Below are positions 1-12,400 of a stretch of 64,000 nucleotides of DNA, piece after piece; position 1 is the first letter of the stretch; each line of letters opens with the position of its first letter. The position numbers and the translations under genes are program-made. The notes beneath the pieces are model-generated. The model worked only from the letters and a program-made list of their open reading frames with translations, searched no databases and had not been told where the DNA came from. The stretch lies in assembly GCA_964304625.1 (NCBI GenBank), contig OZ199839.1, positions 6,948,234 to 7,012,233 on the forward strand, written 5' to 3'. This DNA is from Kudoa neothunni. Taxonomy: Eukaryota; Animalia; Cnidaria.

Positions 1-753
1 GGAACTATTCCCATTTTTGGATTGTGAGTTTTTACCTCAGGCACAAATTTGCAGTCGAATTCATTTGGAGTCGCTGTCAGTTTTTTAGGATCGGTTTCAT
101 CTGTTATCTCTCCATTTTTGGTATCTATCAACGTAATTACAAAATAATTTTTATCATTCTGATTGATCTTGAACCTCACATTAAATAATGAGAGAATTAC
201 TTTGACAAGCTTGTTCACACTCCTTTTTTGATTCAAAGTTGTTTGCGTTACCACCACAACCATTATATTTGAAGCTGTGGCAAGAGTTTTTCTTGCCGTT
301 AACTTCAGTTTTGGTGAAGTACCATCTTGTCAGCATTTTGTTGTCAGTTAAGCCACAACCTCCTACATTATGTGTCAACCCACATGCATCAGCTTGTTCT
401 TCTGGTTTAAATTTGACTATTTCAATATTAAACACTTAAATAAATTAAATGCAATGTACGATGTTCGTTGCAAGCAGCTCTTGAAACAAAGTTATTAAAA
501 TTTCCAAGAGATCCAAGATAGGTAAAAGGTTTGCATGTGGCGTCAGCTTTGTCGATATACCATCTCTCGACAGCAGCCTTTGCTATTAAGCCAGCATCAC
601 TCAACCAAGCTGGTGCTTGACCAACATCTTTCTCATAAGAAGGCAAAGCTCTCTCTTGATAAGATGAATAATTATATGTATACATAATTAATTGAGTGAG
701 TTACCAGCTGTAACAATTACTAGGAAAAGTGAAAATAATGAAAATATCAACAT
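1..753 (-). CDS. Secreted multi-domain Kunitz/BPTI-type protein, multi-exon, 3' end runs off the window
   Basis: Exon 1 gives signal peptide MLIFSLFSLFLVIVTA (ATG 753). Exon 2 gives a degenerate Kunitz (RWY..CKPFTYLGSLGNFNNFVSRAAC). Exon 3 gives a six-Cys Kunitz (C..GGC..RWYF..CHSFKYNGCGGNANNFESKKECEQAC). Short GT-AG introns join them in frame, and a further exon starts near 124. Confidence 0.88.
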
Positions 754-1178
754 CAAACTTAATAATGTAAAACAGTCGTTAATAATAGATATTAAATACG
801 TATTCGATTTCTCAAATCATGAATAATACTTTCATGAATCTTAACTTATTAATCAGATTAATTATTAACTTTATATGAATGGCTATTAAGAACGTTAATA
901 ATTAATTCAAGCGAAATAGAGAACTTGTTTTGATTGTTTACGATCGTTAGATATGAATTTTAAGAGGTACTAGCGCGAAAGCCCGACTTTGCTCAAGAAT
1001 TATTATAAAGTTTTTAATTAAAATATTTCTTGTTCTACTCATGGCACATTAAGTATAATAATATAATGAAAATTTATGATTAATATTCGTTGTCGTGTAT
1101 TTTTTGATCCTAATATCCTGAAAATCAAAACTTGATCCCTATTATGATATGAGTGGATGTGCTTTAACCTTCAAAGTA

Positions 1179-1265
1179 CCGTAAATAATCGTTTATAAGC
1201 CGCATCTGTGAACCTAAAATTTTGTTCAAAAGTTTGGGGTGCGGTTTATACACGAGGATTTGGGG
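1179..1265. mobile_element. 87-bp pogo/Tc2-type MITE
   Basis: Left end TA-CCGTAAATAATCGTTTATAAGCCGCA versus reverse-complemented right end TA-CCCCAAATCCTCGTGTATAAACCGCA. TA flanks both sides. Confidence 0.65.
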
Positions 1266-1704
1266 TAACACATAATTAGGCACCTTCCGAGTAAGAATGG
1301 GGTGAAAAAAGACCCCAAAGGTTTTTTGCATATTTCACATCCTTAGGTTATTTAATAATCAATAGTGGCATAAATTGTAAAATTTTTAGATTTTCCATAT
1401 TATTTTCAAGTTTTAAATTTATCCGCGCATGTGCGTATGTACATATTGTCTATATAAAGCGCGATTGTCGAAAATTAAAATTACTGTATCTATGATTCTA
1501 CTAATATCCTCAGAAAATGTACAAAATCCATTAACCTAAAATTGGTTTATTCCAATAGAATAAATTGTTCTATTTTTATAATGTAAAATTGGCAATCTAA
1601 GCATAATACAATAAACTACTCATGCGATCATTTCATTAAATAATTTCTATCTTTATGTCATTATTTAGGAGAAAATAAGTTAAATTTAAAAATTATTTGA
1701 TATA

Positions 1705-3788
1705 CAGTGACTGGCCGATATTACGTACTTTTGTGCACATGCGCATATTTATTTTCTTCATTTATATTTTTTATTTTTTTCTATCCTTATACATAAATTC
1801 TGTGCATTTCAATGCATTATCGTAACGATCTGATGAAGACCTAATTTAAAAATTCCAAATATTACCGAGTGTGAGCGGAAATCATTTGAATATTCGCGAC
1901 GAGATTGAAATAATTTAATGCGTAATTTCACTTAATTTAATTGGCCTCACTCTTTAAATATACCTTCGAAAATACTCATTTAAACCATATTTATTATCTC
2001 CAAAAATTACACAAAATAAAAAAAATATACTTCGATTTATCCGATGTTTTGGGAAGAAGTTTGTTATTTTAGTTTGAATTAAATTTTCATTTATATTTCC
2101 AGCAACATTTTCTTCAATATTCAAAAGATGTCCATAATTTTCAAGCCTATTATTTCTAAAATAGGTTTTCAATTTATTTATACACTCTAGTGCGCATTTT
2201 GAAGTGACGCTGTCTTCGACTTCGAGTTGGAATTCCTCATCTGATTTATTATCCAGTTTATCAGAATATTGTTGGAAATCTTCAAAATCATCTTTAGTTT
2301 GTTCCTGATCTTCCTCATTCATTATTTCATCGATTTCCAAAGACAATTCAGGCTCTATCCTTTCATTTGTTTGAGTGATGTTGACTTCATTTAAAATATT
2401 TGTATCATGTTTGATAAAACCAGCTTTTTCAAAACAATTAATGACTGTCTGTTGCTTAACATCATGCCAAGCAATTTTTATCATCATCAGAGCATCTAGG
2501 AGGTCTGGAGGGTTAGGAGTCATCTCGGCTTCAACATAAGCAATATTCCTTTGTATCAATTTTGAAATGTACGAAACCTTGAAGGAACGAATAATCCCTT
2601 GATCAGGGGCTGCAACACACACGTACTATTCTTGGATAGGTACTTGAGAGCGATATTACTTAGGTCGGAATGAATATGGCAACCTGCATTGTCGACGAAT
2701 GGGAGTACTTTTTTGTCTTTACTCCTGAAAAAAACTATTCAATTTTAACAGATATCTCCTAAAGATGGCTCCATTCATCCGAGCTTTTTATGAATGTTCG
2801 TAAGCGACTAGCAAATTAGGCACATTTTTAAAACATCGAGGTTTACAAAAATGCCCTATTACGAATGGATCAGGCTTTTCACTAGTCATGGAAGCATCAA
2901 ATAAAATGGTCACTCTTATTTTTGATTTTTTTAGGCATCCGTTATTTCGTTCATTAGAAGCAACATAGCATTTACCTGTGAGATATTTATTAATATTTAA
3001 TTATTTATTGTTCACCTCTCTGCGGTTGGTAATAAAGTGTCGTTTCGTCTAAATTATGTACGAAATCGGGAGAGAAACCGGATAAAACATCAACTAAACG
3101 TAACTTCCAATCATCTACAACCGTTGGATCTACCGAGGCAGATTCACCATGGAAGGTAACATTTCTCAGGTTGGAGCGAGTTTTAAATCCTCCGAACCAA
3201 CCTGTGGTAGCAGTAGAATTATCATCCCTCGATTTGACGATATCGTTTCGTTTAGAAATAATTTCTTAAATGGATAGTTTGCCGTTTTTTCCCCCTCATA
3301 GCATTGAACCAGTTAAAAACAGCTTCATCGATATCATTCTCCTTCCCAGTTTTAAATTTTTCCTTTTCGACGAAATTAGACCACATTCGCCCGTCGTTGG
3401 TCTCAATTTCTTGTCTTTTATCGAGAATGCTATTCAAGGATGATATTGTGGGGAAATTAAATTTTTTAATAGTGACTGCTTTCTCTCCTTTTTTTTGGTA
3501 GTCTACCATAATATTTTATGATATCGAGTTAATCTTTTAATGTTCGATGTTTTTTTATTGTTTCAGCCATTCCAGAGTCTATGAAGAGGGTAGAAAAGGT
3601 GTGTAACGTGTTTTAAAAAAGTAAGTACTTTTGATTTTTCTACTAATCTCAAACAAATTATTAAATAAGAATTCGAGGAAATATTCATGAATAAACCATC
3701 TATCATTTGGTTTGTATAATTTTTACATCAAAGAGTGTTTTCATAAAAGTGCTTAAAATCGGTACTACGTAGAATCCGGCAACCACTG
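1705..3788 (-). mobile_element. pogo/Tigger-family DNA transposon with disrupted transposase
   Basis: Imperfect 24-bp TIRs (CAGTGACTGGCCGATATTACGTAC / CAGTGGTTGCCGGATTCTACGTAG) with TA at 1703-1704 and 3789-3790. ORF fragments carry CENP-B/Tigger motifs (IDEAVFNWF, PDQGIIRSFK, AWHDVKQQTVINCFEKAGF, QTKITNFF) with stops and frameshifts. Confidence 0.9.
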
Positions 3789-5182
3789 TATAAGGAAAAA
3801 ATTTCGCCGCACATGCATAGTTGCTGACACACACAAGGACACTTCAGCTTTATATATATAGTAGATAGTAGATAGATACGATTAATGATAACAAAACATA
3901 AAACATGAAATTTATGGTCACAATATCAGCAATTTCAATAGCTCAAATTCTCTCCATAACAATTAATTACGTTAGACCAAAAATCATTAATTACAAATGT
4001 GAATTTCAAATTTTACCTGGATTCTTAGATTTGAGGTTATTCACTCCCTTAGCAATAGCCAGTGCCTTAAATTATTCTGTAACGAGCGCAATTTAATGAA
4101 AAGTGCAATAATAGGTCGCAATTTGTTTCCCCCTTCTCTTTTTCTTGTGATAATTGTTGAAACAACTACATTAAAATAAAAAAATCAAATATCACAACCA
4201 TGTACACATTCCATGTATTACAAGATTTTTTGTCTGCCTTAACGATAGTTTCTATTTTCTCCAATTAAATATAGAATTTTCAGGTGATGATTCATCTCAA
4301 TTTTTTCAACTAAAACCAAATAACGAAGTGTTCAGTACTCATCGATGCCACTATGTGCGCAGGACCAGGCCCCAAGCCTTATAAATATGTGAGAAATCAT
4401 CTAAATATTGTATAGATAATTCATAACAACATATAAATTAACACATATAATCTATGAATCATCATTAATTAAATATGTTTCAAATTTAATACATCGACAG
4501 AAATCATTAAAAAACACATGATCATTTTAGCAACGATAATTTTTAATAAAGCCTATAATGACGATATTTAATTTATTAAGTATGATAAATTGTATTGTTT
4601 AGTCAAATAATTCCAGTTTTCACTAATTTTGGATTTTTAATTAACTTTATTTGTTTTTCCCCATGCGAAATTCCCAAGAATAGATCATAGCAGAAAGTTA
4701 TTTTATTAATCTCTAATTTTTAATATTATTTTTAATTAGAAATCGTTCAGCTATTTAAAAATTTATTTTAAACAGAATTATCTTGGTCCGGCAATTGATA
4801 ACCAACACTAAGTATTTACAAAAATACGCTATCGAATACATTGTTATTTAAATGCAAAAAATAAACAAAACTCTCTCTCAATAAATTAGATGATAGCTTC
4901 GATCTATTATAATATACAAAATAATGCTATCGTTAATTTTCGTCTCCTGGGGATTAAAATTTTCGTCAACACATTCCGTTTAAAGTTGATATTCAACCAA
5001 CAGTTACTATTCTAATTTGTACAAAACATTATTCACACCAATAAACTTTTGCGAATACGTTGTCTGTTAAGTAAAAAGTATATTAAATAAGTTATTCTAA
5101 TAAACTTAATCGGATCGGAATGTTTTCGACATCCCTCGTACACAAGTAGCAATTAAGAACATTTGTTATAGTTAGTAGCGAA

Positions 5183-6165
5183 ATGAGTACAGGTCGAGAC
5201 GGCGAATGGATATGTCCTAATGAAGAGTTTTTATGACTATTCACATTCTGTTACTATTTAACATTGAGTAGCTGTCAGAATGTCAACTTTTCCTACAGAA
5301 CCAAATGCAACAGGTGCCGTCAGGGTGTGTTATTACATCGCATTTTTGCGAATTAATTGGAACAATACCAATATTTATCAATAACAATAAAAAATAATAG
5401 ATAGGAACAATGTGGCTGCGGATGAACAAAAACCTAAAGTGGTTGCAGTGAAATCCATTGGTAAAGACGCTGCTCAAAGAAGTAATGGTCTTTTCAAAGA
5501 AAATGATTGGGAATGCCCAAAGTAATCGAATCACTGACAATTTTCAGAATGGCTTTCACATTACTATCAACTATTGAAGGTGTGGTAATGTTAACTGGGC
5601 TAAACGTAACTATTGCAACCAGTGTAATACTCCTAGATTTCGAAGTGCTGAAGCACGTACCGGTAAAATGCCTACCTGTAACTGTTGTATTATCTCAATC
5701 TCGTATACAGGACTAGGAGGTGGATTCAAAGAAAATGACAATGTTGATTACATTGTACGTGATAGCACCAATGAAGAGTTTGATGAGTTTGGGCGTAGAA
5801 GAGGAAAAATCAATCCAGTGGAGCAATCAATCGTTGTTGGTTCGGATGACAAATCTGAAAGTGGTGAGTCAGGTTCAGATGATGAAGAAGTGGACGACGA
5901 AAGCAGTGATCAAAATGATACCAACTCAAGTTCCTTTGATGATTCGTCAGAAGCTGATGCTGATGATGACGATGACGACGACGATGATGATGATGATGCT
6001 GATCTTTCTAAGTATAAGTTTGATGACGATGACAGCGAAGACAATTTAAAAACCAATATCAAATTCAAACGACTAGCTCCTCATCAATCCGAATCTGGAT
6101 CCGGCTTGGATTCACAAGAAACTGACGGCAGCAGTCCTCCTTCAAAAAAACATAAGCATCATTGA
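5183..6165 (+). CDS. ZRANB2: Zinc finger Ran-binding domain protein 2 (5 exons)
   Basis: Spliced reading: [98 protein letters not shown]. This contains two RanBP2 fingers and the diagnostic ZRANB2 linker. Four GT-AG introns keep frame. Confidence 0.93.
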
Positions 6166-6367
6166 TTCTCATGTAACTGTGTTTTTTTGTTGTAGCTACT
6201 CTGTTTGTATTAGATTATTTTGTTATCAGTATTGGTCTTATTGCGCATATTTTGTATGTTCGGCGCGTGGCTTTTAATATTTAAGCGCACGAGCAATTAC
6301 ACTTTGATTTTTTATGTTCCATAATGTTCGCAGCTGCGTAAAATACTGACTGAATTGATCGTTCCCA

Positions 6368-6915
6368 ATTAATTATTATTTATTATTTTTATTAAATTAT
6401 TATTATTTATTATTATTAATTATTTTATTATTTTTATTAAATTATTATTATTTATTATTATTAATTATTTTATTATTTTTATTAAATTATTATTATTTTT
6501 ATTAAATTATTATTATTTATTATTATTAATTATTTTATTATTTTTATTAAATTATTATTATTTATTATTATTAATTATTTTATTATTTTTATTAAATTAT
6601 TATTATTTATTATTTTTATTAAATTATTATTATTTATTATTATTAATTATTTTATTATTTTTATTAAATTATTATTATTTATTATTATTAATTATTTTAT
6701 TATTTTTATTAAATTATTATTATTTTTTATTATTAATTATTATTTTTATTATTATTATTATTTATTATTATTATTATTTATTATATTATTTATTATTATT
6801 AATTATTATTTTATTATTAATTATATTATTTTATTAATTATTATTATTCAATTATTATTATTATTTATTATTATATTATTTATTATTATTATTTATTATT
6901 ATTATTATATTATTT
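6368..6915. repeat. TTA-based low-complexity tandem repeat with about 45-bp higher-order unit
   Basis: Almost pure A/T. The unit TAAATTATTATTATTTATTATTATTAATTATTTTATTATTTTTAT recurs several times and decays to (TTA)n on the right. Confidence 0.9.
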
Positions 6916-7410
6916 TGGTCCTCACTGAACCTTTGAGTCATTACGAAATATTCATCTAACTTTTCCTTTTTATGATAATTTTTTGCGATTTTTTTAAAAT
7001 CAATAAAGGATAGAGATATATATATTTCTACGCATATTGATCACTACTTTTAATAATAAATGTATGGATAAATATTTGACTTGTACATTAGCAAATTTAT
7101 GTATAGGATTAATTATATCTTACCAAATATAGTTAAAATTTAAAATAGTTTTTATAAAAAAACCTGGATTAATTTTAAAGCCAAAAAATATCTGGTTAGA
7201 TTTAAAGTTCTAATTTTCAGAACACAGTGCAACCTCGGAGTTCGACAAACAATTTAGAGCCAGAAACACTTTAGTGTTAGAAAAAATACAGAAAGGGTAT
7301 TTAGAAAAAATCCAGTTGGAGAAAAAAACAAAGAATAAAAAAATTCTAGAAGAAGATTCACTTAATCAAATTATGCGAACGTCATCGAAAGGGAACTTTT
7401 TATAATCTAT

Positions 7411-7892
7411 CGATGTGACACTCGGACTCAGAACCGCGAGGTAATGGGTTCGAACCCGCCGGTGGTCAGACTACTGCTTCCGTGTCGGTAGGTCTCTATC
7501 CCATATTTGGGAGCTGTGGTTAAAGTGTACGTTCGCTGTGGAGTGGGATGAGCGTGAATAGAAGTTTGAATCTCCGAAGCCCATTGAAAGGCAAAGTGAT
7601 TTGCAACCTTACAAAACCAATGTCCATAAAGAAATAGGGTTTGGGATGGTGGTCGCCCTGAGACGAGGACGTTTAGTGGGTTAAAGTCCCACATTACCGC
7701 ATAGAGATAAGAGATAAGAGATAAGGAGCGGGGTTTCATGTTACGTCCTGCGGTGCCTACAGCGTTAATGGAAGAGGTATGACCAACCAGAATTCCACAA
7801 CCTAATAAGTTGCGCCAGGGGTTTTACCATGTGAACAAAAAAAATTGTGAACGCTGACTTCCGTCGCCTTCGGTTACCACGGGGAACCCCTA
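7411..7892 (+). mobile_element. tRNA-headed SINE-like element, 5' truncated
   Basis: About 480-bp GC-rich island. It has an anticodon-like arm (GGACTCAGAACC) and a Pol III B-box GGTTCGAACCC at 7447-7457, followed by a long non-tRNA body with (GAGATAA)3. No acceptor stem or A-box is visible. Confidence 0.6.
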
Positions 7893-9403
7893 TTCAATGT
7901 ATTCTTCGGGCCAGTTTTTCGTCTTTATGCATATTTTTAACAATTAGCAATGTTTAATATAAATAATTAAAAATCCAAAATCGAGGGGATTAGACATGAA
8001 AAGTGAAAACAGAGAATGCTTATTGTGCATAGAGCCATGTATTCTTTCAAGAGAAGGGAAATAGAGAGTTATGAATCGTTGGATATTTAATATATATTAT
8101 TATAAAAGCTAATTTGCCTAAATATTTTACAAGTTCAATGGTTATCTATATAGTTAAAGAAGATAGGTAATTTCCTAATAATATTCTTAGATCTGCTAAA
8201 TAAGTTGTACAGAACAAACAACAATAAAGTTCCGCGCCCGTCAAACCCCTCACAATAACTCACTGAACCATTAGAATTCGATCGAAACTCTGTTGGTAAC
8301 TACCGCTCAAGCGGTTTTACTGCTTGGGTGAGAAAAAAATTTTAGAAGTCAATTAAACTTTAAACCCCAAAATTCTAGTAACTATAGTTATCTGTCTCCT
8401 TCATTTAAAAAGAATGAAGTAAAAATATGACTAACTTACGATGTAAAATCGTATATTTTGAGAGATATATGAAAAATTGAATAGAATATTAACAGAAGAA
8501 AAAGAAGTTTTTAAATTATTATAAATTCACGGAAAATGAATTTGAGAATATTTTCAATGTACATAATTTGTCTTTTAGCGTTACGTAAAGATTGTAATGT
8601 AATTAAAACTTAGGGTTGATAACTAGAATAGTCCATCTAAATATTTTTCATATAAAAAATTGCCTTAACAAGAAATTAGAGATTAGGTGGTAAAATAAAT
8701 TTTTCCTTTTAATAATTTTGAATATAAAAGAAATAGATTTCATATTCATTATCAATTCTGTTACCAGTTTAAATTTCAGAATAAAATTTTCAGATGGACT
8801 TATTAATTCCTTCGCTCCATTTAAATAATTTTTTAAAAGTCCTTTGAAATAAAGTCAATGGGTAATTTAACTTAAATTAAAGAGATTTTTAAAAATATTA
8901 TGTAACTTACCTCTTCCAAATAGATTTAATTTAATATAAAAATATCTTGAAAATCGTTGTATGGATGTGAATTAAGCTGTTCAAACTCCTTAAAAATCTA
9001 AGACTATTTTATTTTCTTTAAAATAATTTTATACTGAGCTTTAATATTATGTGTGTATTTCATACAGTAGAAAATAATGCGCAAAAATTGATAATGGCCC
9101 GAATTCTATCAATAAATTCCCCACAAAATACTGTATATATTTTTAAACAACATAATATATCGTTCCATGTTTATTAAATATAATTTTTCTCTAAAATCAT
9201 ATTAAAATAAATATTTATATAATTTCTTATTGAAATTTAAGTATTGAGATTAGCACAATAAAAATTTGGAGTATTTATCGTGGTTAACTTAGCAACAACT
9301 GAGCTATTATAGCGTTACAATAACCGCATACTATTTGCTGTTAATAAAAATTTCGAAAAGTAACTGATTTTTAAACGAAGTTGGTTACTATGATAAAAAA
9401 CAG

Positions 9404-12400
9404 TTAACTGATTGTATCAACAGAAGTTTCTGTGTAGCTTTCAAACTTAAAGTAATCGGAAAGATTTTCAAAGACCTAAAATATATTCAACTATAGAAAT
9501 AAAATTCAAGAGCACTTTTTGAAGATGTCGATCTTGTTTCTTAGTATGGTTCAAGTTGTTTGAGACATCGTCGAAATTTATTGATTGGTCTCGATCCGTA
9601 TAGTAGTCCACGTTGGGGTCATAATGGTCGACAATTCTACACATAAAGTCTTGAATCTAAGAAACCAACTTATTCAACTTCAAGAATAATAAGAAACCTT
9701 ATCAACACCTTGTTGTTTGATTTGGTTGGTTACAAACTGTTTTTCCTAGTAAAATTTTAGATGGCATATTAAAAAATAAGTTACTCTGAGCTGTAAACAA
9801 GCGCTTATAGGATTGTTTGAGGCCCATAGGTTGATTCTTTAGAATAATTGGTTATAATTTGTCAAATGAATGTAATAAAGTACTGCTCACTATATATCAT
9901 ATCTTTCATTTTCTTTGCTAATTCATCTTTCGTAGGTTTATTTATCTGGCAAAAATTAATCCGATTAATGAAATGATATGGTAATTTTTTATTAAAGTCT
10001 ATTATACTTTACATGCCCACATATCGTTCAGGCGCAACGATCCAATACTATATTTTCCAGGGTTTCCGCCAAACAGATAGTTAATCTATGTTTTTAAGAT
10101 GGAAAAAATCTCTAAAGCTATATTTCTATTACATTTGATGTGTGGTCGTAGACAAACTGGAATGCAAATCTGGGTACTGGATAAGTATCGCAATATTTTG
10201 ACCAATATTCAAGTCCAGTGTGTTTGTTTTCAAAGATGCAACTCCTAAAAATAAAAAAATAATATTCTGCCGTCAAATTGGATACAATATTTTTATTCTT
10301 TCTCCGATCAATTTTATTAATTTTCCTTTCGCATTAATATTTGTTTCAAAACAAGTTTCATAACTAGCTTGCAATATTAAAAAAATTATTATATTAATAG
10401 TCTACAAACAAACTTTATTAAATTCCCTAATTTAGTTTAGTATATTTTTTTAAATATAGGCATATTTATATTAAAGATAATTAATATACAATAGTGAACC
10501 GGTTGGATGCAATCCCCTCAAAAAAATGAAAAGTGCGCGAAATTAGCAAAGTCCGGTTTTACTCATTTCTGTGCGCGCGTGTAGTAAAATAAATAACTCT
10601 TTAATATAATTGAATAGCAAAAGTTGAGATTTAATAATAATTATTATTTCTACTCATAATTAAAGTAATTTTATATTTTCGTCTGAGTAAACTTTTTGGA
10701 ATAATTTCAAATATCTTGCTGCGGCGGCATTAGCATGTTAGATGAACTTTTTTGTAAAAATTATAAAATATTTTTTAATCCAACAAATAAATTAAGTATT
10801 TATGATAAATAATTGATATCATACCAAACGTTTTAAAAATTTTATTCTCGTTTTTTAAGACCCCATTAATAGTGGATTTGGAGGGGATGTTTAATTTCTT
10901 TATAAAAGCAGATTTGGCAGTTGTTTGGGAATATTGCGAAAGTTTTTATATTTTATTTTTCTTAAATATTTTTTATATTCTAATTTTTTATAATTTCAAA
11001 ATTAATCGTTAAAATAAAATCATATATAAAAACTAATATTTAAAATATTCATACAAATATGGTTAGTTCTATGCATTCTTCGTAGCATAGTTAAAATAGC
11101 ATTCAATCTAACATTACGTCAAAGTTTTTAGTAGTATAAATTCCTCGAAAGGTTTTAAATGTATATGAATGTACAATAGGGGTGATTACCATCTATTTTT
11201 GTTGAATTCATACACGTACAAACTATTTGATGATGGAGAGGCGTTTTGATTCTTCTTGTAACGTTCAAGACCCTAAAAGTCACAAAATTAAAATTTGATC
11301 TAACAATAACACTGTTATTACACTGTAGAGGTACATTTCTCTTTTGGAAGGGTTGTACGTGGATCTCATTGTATATGAGTAGTTAGGGTCTAACAGATAT
11401 CAAATAATGGACGATAATCTAATTTTACTTGAATCTGGTCTCTGACTATCCATATCACTGATGTAGCTTACGTCACCGGAACGCAAATCAATATAGCAGA
11501 ATTCGCTATATCCAAATGAGAACTGAAATAATTTGATGATAATTTACTCAATAGTGTTGGCGCCCCTACTTCCTCCAGTGATTATGACATAGCCCAAATC
11601 CTAAGAAAAAGTATCATATAACATTAATCCGCTTATTTTATCTTTGTATTTTTTAATAAATTAAGTAATTATTAATTTTATATTTTTACATTTAATATCC
11701 CATATTAAATATTCAACAAATAAAAATTATATTTTATCCAATTAACCAACCTCGTCAATGTGCATTGAATGGTCACTCCTTGGTTCGATTTCTATCTGCT
11801 CATTTCGCCATTGAGTAGCGTGTCTAGATTATTTGTAGATTAATTAACATAAATGATCCCATACTTCCTCCACGTTTGACTTTTGACGCTGTAGAAATAT
11901 AATTGGCCGCATTTTGTGGAATAATGCTTTCTAAAATTAGACTAATATAAGTACACATCCAACATAATTATTTCTTATCTTTATCATTATCGAAATATAA
12001 AATATGATGAAAATATTAATAAAAATAGCTTACTCGCTAAGAATGTTTCCTCCAAACACAAAAATTAAATCAAATGTATCACAATAGATCATCTAAATAT
12101 AAATCACTCTTAATATAAATCAATCTTAATAAAATGAACTAATTATTAATGTGCTTCCCGATTTGGAGTTAGACTTACTGTTTGTTTTATAAAATTATTT
12201 CATTTTTATTATTATTATTATTATTATTGAAATAATAAATTATCTCCTATCTAGATGAGAACCTTTTCATCTTAATTATTTGATAATATTTCATAAAGAA
12301 GAATAATTTCTCACTTTAGTAAATCTTACCAAATCTTGATCCTGACATTTTTAACTAATATATAAAATTGTACATGCTTTAAATCATTAAATCAATAAAT

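Larger units (their letters stand above)
970..3876 (-). mobile_element. Non-autonomous Helitron-like element, interrupted by pogo and MITE insertions
   Basis: Minus-strand 5' end A|TCTATCTACTATCTACTATATATATAAAG..GTGTCC..TGTGTGT..GCAAC..GCATGTGCG matches the plus-strand copy at 62042. The 3' end has a degenerate hairpin CTTGAGCAAAGTCGGG followed by CTAG|T at 970. Confidence 0.6.

Noticed and set aside
4096-4390. Possible small spliced gene (MKSAII.., CAG|GTGATG..AAATAT|GTGAG)
   Set aside because: Could not build an open frame and saw no homology.
6368-6915. Telomeric or CRISPR-like array
   Set aside because: No TTAGGG-type unit and no unique spacers. The context is eukaryotic low-complexity DNA.
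7415-7465. tRNA-Leu(CAG) gene
   Set aside because: Only anticodon-like and T-arm parts are present. There is no A-box, D-arm or acceptor stem, and it continues into a SINE-like body.
7640-7890. Self-cleaving ribozyme (HDV, hammerhead or twister) in the SINE
   Set aside because: Could not assemble the required helices and catalytic core by eye on either strand.
11523-11547. 25-nt intron in muskelin
   Set aside because: Splicing it leads to a stop. A 1-nt indel explains the frame equally well, so it is unresolved.
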